Shown here piece after piece: positions 54,699 through 64,000 of a DNA stretch of 64,000 nt. The notes below the pieces were generated by a model. That model made no database searches and was not told where the DNA came from. It saw nothing but the letters and a program-made list of their open reading frames with translations. Position 1 is the stretch's first letter; each line of letters begins with the position of its first letter. The stretch comes from Octopus vulgaris. Taxonomy: Eukaryota. The translations under genes and the position numbers were made by a program. Where the stretch lies: assembly GCA_951406725.2 (NCBI GenBank), contig OX597816.1:80910001-80974000 (forward strand), given 5' to 3'.

Positions 54699-54725
54699 TG
54701 TGTATATATAATGGGATAGATAAAC

Positions 54726-54812
<87 letters not shown>

Positions 54813-55391
54813 GTGTGCGTTGGCACATGTGTGTGGTTGTGTATGTGTGCGGTGTAGTGGTGTGTGTGAGTGAGTGTGTGTGTGTGTTTGTGGGTGCGGG
54901 TGTGTGTATGTGTGCGCGTGTGTATGTGTGCGTCAGCGTGTGTGTCAGCGTGTAACTTTGGTAACAGTCGACACGCATATCACTTAGATGTTTACATGAT
55001 TTAATATGTCTAATTACTTAAGTGATATTTATTTTATTTTTCCTTGAATGATGAAAGGTAAATTCGGCACCCGTGGAATTTTAACTCAGAACGTAAAGGT
55101 ATTTAACTAAGTTCCTCCATTGTACCTATTCTACATCCATTCAGTTCCCTCAAGATTAGTAAAGGTTATTTCTAACACAGAAAACTGGGGCAGAAATTTA
55201 TGGAGAGAGATTGTCCATTAATTCTACCCTACTAGAATTGTACTTTTATTGGCCCGGGCATAATGAAAAAGTAATTAGGTGTTAGCAAGACTAGAGCGTT
55301 AAAATCCGTAAGAAATACAAAAAGCATTTTCATTCGACGCTCCTACTATTCTGCTAATCTACAACAGATATTTCTAATACAGCCATACAAG

Positions 55392-55575
55392 TCGCCGGGC
55401 GAAACGTTTCACGACATTTCGTCCATCCTAATGTTCTGAGTTTAAATGCTGCCCAGGCCGGCTTTGCCCTACATCGTTTCGAGGTCAATAAAATAATAAC
55501 TAGTTGAGCACTGCGGTCGATGTAATCGACTTATCCCCTTCCCGGAACATGCTGGCCTTGTACCAAATTTTGAAG
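55392..55575 (+). mobile_element. SINE family B copy
   Basis: cgccgggcgaaa..gttctgagtttaaat..ctttgcc.t.catc.tttcg.ggtc.ataaa..ggtcgatgtaatcgact..ggccttgt.ccaaa.tttgaa. Confidence 0.8.
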
Positions 55576-56359
55576 TCAACATAGATATAAAGGCACAAGG
55601 CCGCATATGTGAAGAAGGGAAAAGAGTTGACTATAGAGGCATCTGTATGTAACTGGTACTTGTTTTTATCAACTTCAGAAAGATGAACAGTTAAATCGAA
55701 ATCACTTGAATTTAGAATATAAACAAACAGAACTAATTACCACATGGCCCCTGATCGAATCGAAATATACTTTCATCGCATATTATAACTTGAAGCAAAT
55801 AGGAGATAAATCTACATCGTCGTTAGCCAATCCCAAAGGATAGATCGCGAAAATCTTGCGTTAATCCACTGTAACAAGAGGTGAACTGAAGCAATAGAGA
55901 AAAAATAATGCAATCGCAAATATAAACAAGCGCTGGCGGTGCAGTTGAACTGATAATCGATGATAACTTACCCACCTGGATATACAACACCTACAGAAGA
56001 GGAAAAGAGACTAGACATTGCACGATGAGAAAATAACAAAGTGTGAAAGCCTCATAGCTCATTGACTCGAATTCTTATCTGTTTCGTCCTTACAGTTTAT
56101 AATTAATTACTCTGTCCTCCTGTTTCTGTTTCTTCACTTCTGTGAATTCCTTTCGGATATAATTATCATGACTCAGATCTTACCTGGGGATTACATTGGA
56201 GAGAATCGATATTATTAACATGACATGTGAAGACGATCATTTAAAAATTTGCTTTTCAACTGTTTAGCAGTACTTAGCCAGGAGTTATTTCATGCAGTTG
56301 GGAGGGTGAATTGGGAATAGACTTGGAATTAGAACAACCAGAGACACAAACAGAAACTC

Positions 56360-56469
<110 letters not shown>

Positions 56470-56472
56470 TTA

Positions 56473-56612
56473 CACGAGGTGGTGCTGAAAAGTTCCTGAC
56501 CAAATGAGTCTCGCGAAAGGCCTTGTTGGAGACCCAGACTTCCTACTTCTTTTACAGGGCTTAGAAAAACTGAAGGACCGTTGCTGCACGTGTGTGACTT
56601 TAAGAGGAGTAA
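56473..56612 (+). mobile_element. Mariner remnant (TIR fused to transposase C-terminus)
   Basis: cacgagg.ggtgctgaaaagttcctg after a TA tract. FFTGLEKLKDRCCTCVTLRG resembles the mariner C-terminal GI.KL..RW.KC...G motif. Confidence 0.6.
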
Positions 56613-57136
56613 AAGCCGGAGCAAACACTGCAAGCTATTTTGTACGACGCGCGAGCAATTATATCAGATTGCACCAAGTCTTCATCTACTTAGTGGCTAT
56701 GGAGAAAGTGGTTACGTGGCGGACTTGTCTAAAAGTTTGAAGACAGAGATTCTCGTGTTTAGCCAAGTTCTCATCAACTTCAAGTATCACTTGAAGATGA
56801 AAATAGACGAAGAAATGTTGTCCTCTACTGAGTTTAACGAATGGTAGCTGAAAGTAGGAAGACTGATGCGATTGAATGCATTTATTCTGAACACACAGAG
56901 AGACATCAATTTTTTCCTGAAACTGAGGGACATCAATTTTGATACCACGATTGTAATAGAATGATACGGGCTTTTATTTAAAGTTTTTACTCCGAATTAC
57001 CGAAGGTGGTGTTGTGATACTTTTCTTATTGACATTTTCATGTTTATATCTTTTGATTTTGTTGACTTCTTTTTTGTGTGGGTACTTCATCCTTGTATTT
57101 TTTTCAAATGTCTTGAGCTCTTGTGGCCAATAAAAT

Positions 57137-57264
57137 GAAGAAGAAGAAGAAGAAAAAAAAAGAAGAAAAAGAAGAAGAAAAAAGAAGAAAAAGAAGAAGA
57201 AAAAGAAGAAAAAGAAGAAGAAGAAGAAGAAAAAGAAGAAAAAGAAAAAGAAGAAGAAGGAGAA

Positions 57265-57295
<31 letters not shown>

Positions 57296-57365
57296 AAGAA
57301 GAAGAAGAAAAGAAGAAGAAGAAGAAAAAGAAAAAGAAGAAGAAGGAGAAGAAGAAGAAGAAGAA
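57137..57365. repeat. Imperfect (GAA)n polypurine tract
   Basis: Direct reading. Confidence 0.95.
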
Positions 57366-57964
57366 CTTGGTAAATGAAACTAATGAAAAACGATTCGAGA
57401 ATATTTTTCCGGTAGTTCAGCAATAAAATCAGTTTAAATTTCAGATTAATATCACTGGTTAAAAATCAGTTGCAGTCTCAGACATGATTGGAAGTTGTTT
57501 ATTGTAAATAGATCGATAAACGGGATGTAATATGTGACCAGTTTGGGAAAAACTAATTACAGGATTATATCGATTACAGGAACCAATCTCCTGCCACAGA
57601 TATCAAAAGAAAACATTTGTTTTTTATGCTATTTTATTGTTATTAATATTTTTTTCTATTACTCAACTAAAAATGAAATGTTTGCAAGTATCAAGCAATT
57701 GTATTGAGTAAAAGAAAAATGCATATCTACCAAGATATCTTATTCAACTTAATATTAGTTTCCTTTGAATCAGTACAAATACCTTATATTTTAGGAGGGA
57801 TAACGAAAAGAGTTGTGACATGCATGCCTTTCTCTTAGTGGCATATGTAAAGTGAAATCACTTCAACATGGAAATTTATCCACTTTGAAAGTACTCGTCA
57901 GTTTCACATTTCTAATGTTTAAAGCATGCAATTTACTTACAAATAAATGCGAGGCAATATTGCT

Positions 57965-58160
57965 TTCAAATTTTTGCACAAGGCTAGCAAGTTCTGGGGA
58001 AGGTTTAAATCAATTACATCGACCCCTGATCTCAACTGGTACTCATTTTATCGACCCCGAAAGAATGAAAGGTGAACTTTGAATTCAGAACGTATAGACG
58101 AGTGAAACGATGCGAAACATTTTACCCGGCGTGCTAACAATTCTGCCAGCCTACGGCCTT
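57965..58160 (-). mobile_element. SINE family B copy
   Basis: gcacaaggc.agcaa..attacatcgacccc..caactggtactcattttatcgaccccgaaagaatgaaagg..cccggcgtgctaac.attctgccagc. Confidence 0.85.
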
Positions 58161-59781
58161 ATGCAATAATAAAATATTAAAATTCAGTTCGTAAATATTC
58201 CGTCGTAGGAAAAATTCAGCTGTTCAACATCGAAACTGACAGAGAGAGTAAGAGAAGACCGTTCATTAGCTTTATTTCATATTTAGTATTTCATTAGTAA
58301 GCTTCTTTCTCTATCTTTATTCTTTGTCTATCTCTCATACAGCATTGATCGTCGTGGTCAATGGTGTTCTAGTTGTTACTGCAGCTGACGTTGTTTTTAT
58401 GGTTATATTTTAATGGTGTGTCCAGATATAGAAGTGTTAAATACTCAGTCTTACAACCTAATTTATGGCTGTTATATTTTTTTATGTAATGCTTTACATA
58501 GTATTCGAAAATACAAAAAAAAAGCGCAAAACAAAATATGATATTGGACAGAGATTTAGATTTACCACCACATTAAATATTTATGAACAATTTTAATATA
58601 TCTTCAGTGTGGTATTTTGTTTCATTGCTCTCTAGATTTCTGTTTAGTTGTGTATGTGTATACGTGTATGTATATACGTGTATGCGTGCATTTTTTTATT
58701 ATTTAATATTATTCTGTTTAATACGATTTAAATACACATACAATAATACATATAAAAAAATAGGAAATACTTGTCTCCTTTTGTTTTTATTAAGTGTTTA
58801 TAGCATAATACAGACAGTGATGCTATTACTATAATATGAGAGATGGAGTTTATATCATAATAGGGATGATGGCGTTTATAGCATAATAAAATTATAGGCT
58901 ATGTTGTTCTAGTCTAACCAGTAGTCAAGTGAAACGAGTAAGAAACACGGGAGATTTGTAATTTCTTCAACACTGTACATAGTCAATATGGCGAGTTTTG
59001 TTTCAATTTGCTCTTCTGTCCCTCTGTGTCTGTATTTGGTCTGCTTTTGTTATATCTATTATTTTTCCCAAGTCGATGTGTATTGTGTATAGAAGTGAAG
59101 TAACAGTTTATTGTTCATCGTATTTAAGTGGACTGAATAAACAACGAGATTCACCATGCATAAACAACAAGTATGGTTACTTAGTTCATATAACGACTGG
59201 TATTCATTCACATTTCTGAATTTCAAGTTCACTGATTTCTCGTTAGTTAACTCACAAACGGGGTACAAAATATCTCACCTTGCATGAACGCAGCGTAGCA
59301 ATTTGCCATAAATCGCCGCAGGTTTCAATACTTGCTTTAGTAAAACAGACGCTCTCATATATTGGATAATATTCTTGTCTTCAGGTTAGTTCCTGTTTGT
59401 CCCACTCGATGCAATATGGGTAGTAAATAATAAGAAACTTTAAATTGAGCTTCATTTCGCTACTAAATATCTCATTCTCAGGAGAAGCATCTAATTATCC
59501 ATTTTGTGTTTCCACACTCAGTCGGTTTGAAGCCCAGATAACCCTTTAACATTAATTAGAATTAAACAGGGTCGCTTGCAATTTCATACAGCAATTAAAA
59601 TGGCAATTCGACCTTGCACAACCACACTTTAAACTATTTAAGCTAGTAAGTCTTATACAGAATTGTTTGTATAACATATATATGCGTTACTGACGCGTTA
59701 TCTCTATTTGGAATTTTTTAAATGTTACCTCATATATATAGGAATATGTTCGCTTGCGTATATGTATTATGTATGAGCGTA

Positions 59782-59832
<51 letters not shown>

Positions 59833-59971
59833 ATGAGTAAAAAATTTACCATTTAACATTAACGTTTAAGTGTCCTCAAACTTATGGTAAATTTCATTTA
59901 AATGTTTGTTTTTGTATGTAGGGACATACACATTTAAGTGCGAAAATACACACATACACTATCACATACAA

Positions 59972-60009
<38 letters not shown>

Positions 60010-61229
60010 GTGTGTATATATGTATGTACGTATATATGAGTGGGGGTCAGATTTGAAATATAAGACAAATATTAGCATGTGTTTTTAGTAGACAAGCAAT
60101 TTAACCTCGATGTGAAAAGTAAGCAAGGTGGTTGAAACATAATTTTTTGATAGTTTATTTACTTGCAAAAAAGGAACAAAGAGCAATCTTTCTCTGATGA
60201 GACATTAATAAATATCGAATCTAGTTAAGTCGATCTCCGTTTTTTTTTTAACCACAAAAACAAAAATATGGTTTAACCACTTTGTTGATCTTTCACAGCG
60301 ATACTAAAATGAATGTTTACTAAAAAACACGTTCTTAAGGTTTTCCTTTCATTTCAAATTATCCTGAACTACTGCATAATGTCTCTATTAATATACCTAT
60401 GTGCATGCATGCGTATGTGCGCATGTGTATATTGACATACATTTATATATATGTACATACACATAGATACATATAAGTATACACAGATGCTTCTATGTAT
60501 GTGTATGTATTTTTTCAGCTATGTATATGTGCGTGTGTTTGCATTTGTGGAAGGGGCGTTTTCACGTTGAAAAGAATTTCATGCGCAAAAACCCACTGCA
60601 TCTATTTCTGCAGTACAACGTAACGCCACCCTCCCACCTGCACCAGCATCATTCTCCCACAATATTAATAAGGCGAAGATGTGCAATTTAATTAACTCAT
60701 CACATACCGTCCTCATCTCCTCAACTCCACTGCTTTAATGCAAGAAGGTTTTACTAAACACTTTTGAGAGATTAAACATATATTTCTGTTGATTTCCCCC
60801 GAGGTTCGGAAACTTCATATTCACTCACTCACTCACTCACTCAGTCAACTGTCATCTTCATCTCCTCCTTCTCTATTTCTTGATTTTATGTTTGGTGCTT
60901 GAAATCATAAAATCCACTTCTACCATCTTATCCTGTCATCTGCTTACTACGCTTTCAGTTAGTTTCTTTTCTTCTTATTTTTTTTTTTCGGAGGGGAGCG
61001 CGGTTGTCGTTTAACTGTTAGTTCGTACATCACTTTTTATAGTCCTTGGTTTCGTTTTTCTGCAAGAAACATGTTGTGGTTGTTTTCTCTATACTAGATT
61101 GATGCAAATACTCACACAAACACACACACACACTCTCTCTCTCTCTCTCTCTCCACTCTCTCTCTCTCTCACACACATGCACACACTTACAGACAAACAC
61201 ACACAGATATATGTGTATATGTATGTATG

Positions 61230-61284
<55 letters not shown>

Positions 61285-61407
61285 GTTCATATACGTGTAT
61301 ATATATATATGCATGTATGTATGTGTTCATATATGTGTATATATATATATGTATGTGTTCATATATGTGTGTACATATATATATATATATAAGTATGTAT
61401 GTGTTCA

Positions 61408-61506
<99 letters not shown>

Positions 61507-62641
61507 ATGTATGTATGTATGTATGTATGTATGTATGTATGTATATTCGAGTACCAACGTATGAAATTCTCGGTCCTTGAGTTACTCCATTCTGCTAAAT
61601 TTTTATAAAAGTATACATGAACTCATATTTAGAGTTCTATATGTTTTGTTTGCATCATCAAGCGTGTGTATACTTAGTAGGATTTTGGATGACATATCTA
61701 GAAAACATCAATGTAAGAGAACCGAAATATATTTTATAAAATTATTATAATGCGCTCGATTGAGATATCTCTTTACAAACAAGAAAACGATGAAGATAAT
61801 GACTAAGAGAGGCAGAACAATTACTTCATTTAGGAAGCAAGTACTGTGACGACAGAGAAAAATCTGAAAAAATTACATGCTCTAGATCTTTTGTGTGCCT
61901 TAATCCCAAGCGTTAACATTTATCCAATATATAAAATTGCCAAAACGAAAGAGAAAAAAACTTAAACGAATTGACTTGTAACATAATCTGGGAATCGCTT
62001 TAGATTCTTGGATAAGTAAATAGATTTCGTTCATCCTACTAATAAACTTACACATAAAATCAGTATTAAATTTGTAGCCTTGAGTCTAAATAAGAAAATT
62101 TGTTCACAACAGTAATGATCGAGAGACAGATAATTGTTAGATTTACTAACGACCTTACAGCAAGAATAGGAGTATCATACAATCCCATCGGTTTCGGCAC
62201 TTTGCAAATTATAACTTGAAGCTAAACTAAGAATCCAATACTATAATTCTCGACTTTGGTAATTCTAATGGAATCATGAATACTCAAATTATCGGTTAGG
62301 TTACACTATTCCAAATTGTCACAGTGTGACGCTCGGCAAAATGTCATTAAATGGTTGAGTACAGAAACATAGGTAAAATCATTCGAGCGTAATTTGACGA
62401 TTGTAATCTTATTCCTCAGATTGATTGCTGTCCAAATACACACACATATACATTATTATAACTTATACATTATTATAACATTATTATAACTATATATATA
62501 TATATATACACATTACATATAAATACATTATTATTATATTCCATATGTATATTATATATATATATATATATATACATACATTATTATTATATTCCATATA
62601 TATTATATATATACACATACATTATTATTATATTCCATATG

Positions 62642-62688
<47 letters not shown>

Positions 62689-63736
62689 AAAATAGTAAAG
62701 TGTGAAAAAACGACAGAAGGCTTAAATTTAAAAAATATATATATTTGTGTCAAAATGTCTGGAGAATATTGGAAAAATTTTTTCCTTTCCTTAAAATGAC
62801 ATAATTTTAAAATTTTTAAAGAAATTACGGTTTCGCGTGTAGCTTTTCAAATGACATTATGTTTATATTGCATGGAATTATCGTTGTTTTTATTTCAGGA
62901 GATTTCTAAATAAGGGGAGGTAGTGAGTGATTTTTTCCGGTGTAGGGGAGATAATCGCTTAAAAATTTTCCATTTCCTTGTTAATTTCTCTGTGTCATAT
63001 GTTCGGATGGTTGAGTCTGGGTTTGTACTTTTCAATGAAGAATGTTTCCTTGTTCAGTCTCATTTGTGTTGATGATCCGAAAGCACATTGGTAAATATTA
63101 TGTATATTGCGCATTTCTCAATGTGCTCACTGTATCATTCTATATTCTATATCTGTTGTCGATGCAGTGTGCATATATATACGTAGTCTTGTGAGCCGAG
63201 CATAATAACATATATATATATATATATATACATTTACATGTGTGTGCGCACGTGATATGTAAATTAAAATTACATTAATATTCTGTACCTGGAGCACTCG
63301 TTATCGGAAGTATCTATGAAGATATATACATATATATTTGAGCGTGAATGTGTGTGTGGGTGAGGGTGAGTGCGTGTGTGTATGTGGGTGTGGGGGGAGT
63401 AGATTATTGGAAGTGGCGTAGAGATATTATATATTAAGAAAAAGGTGTTCAGGGTTTAGATAAAAATTATTTATCGCTATCATCCCTTTGGGAGATTCAT
63501 CATGAATATTTTTTTATAAAAAATCCATACCTTTTACATATATGTGAGTTAATTGAAAAATCTCTGGTTGCTTTTGTTTTCTTGGGTTTTGAAAAGAGGA
63601 TGTTTTGAGAGGAGTTGAGATTTTCAGTGTTACTTTGAATTTATACGTGTGTATATAAATATGTATGTGTATGGTTGTGTATGTATGCTTGTGCGAGTAT
63701 ATAGTGAATTTTTGGAGGCCTGGTTAGAGAGAGAAA

Positions 63737-63792
<56 letters not shown>

Positions 63793-64000
63793 ACAAGAAA
63801 GAAAGGGACATTTTGTGGGATGCTTGAAATTGATGACAGGTCAAGAAGGTCAATATTTTTTATCAATTGCAATAAATTTCTTTCAGTCATTGTGTGACTG
63901 ACAGTATTTTTGGTTAGTTGTCATGTTACCCACCTGTAGAAAATAGAATCTATCAAACTGTTTCAACCAGATTACATGTATTATTATTAACAGTGTTTTC

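Noticed and set aside
59279-59334. Possible 56-bp minus-strand micro-exon (SIETCGDLWQIATLRSCK)
   Set aside because: Weak acceptor and no recognisable homology; expected by chance in 64 kb.
60190-60232. CTGATGA-gacatt..atatc-GAAT-ctagtt hammerhead look-alike
   Set aside because: GAAT instead of GAAA, imperfect stem II and no stem I.
61270-62660. Short tandem units (gtatgtgttcatat.. x4; acattattattatattccatat x3) superficially like repeat-spacer arrays
   Set aside because: Spacers are just variable TA runs. These are slippage-derived minisatellites in a eukaryotic genome, not CRISPR.

Overview
Eukaryotic, AT-rich, microsatellite-saturated intronic or intergenic DNA. The SINE families and repeat landscape resemble an octopus (coleoid cephalopod) genome; this is recognition from memory, not a database result. 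No host protein-coding gene can be firmly supported, and nearly all ORF-track entries are translations of simple repeats. The window holds: (1) several R4/Dong-clade non-LTR retrotransposons (RT + CCHC knuckle + restriction-like endonuclease) sitting in (AAT)n tracts, including a young 5'-truncated copy at 13.5-15.6 kb; (2) many tRNA-derived SINE copies; (3) three decayed Tc1/mariner elements; (4) a cluster of small non-coding elements with type I hammerhead ribozyme folds at 35.6-37.0 kb, next to or inside (TA)n tracts. That cluster includes a 354-nt, terminally redundant, highly self-complementary retrozyme-like unit, and a perfect 166-bp palindrome that encodes a minimal hammerhead on both strands.
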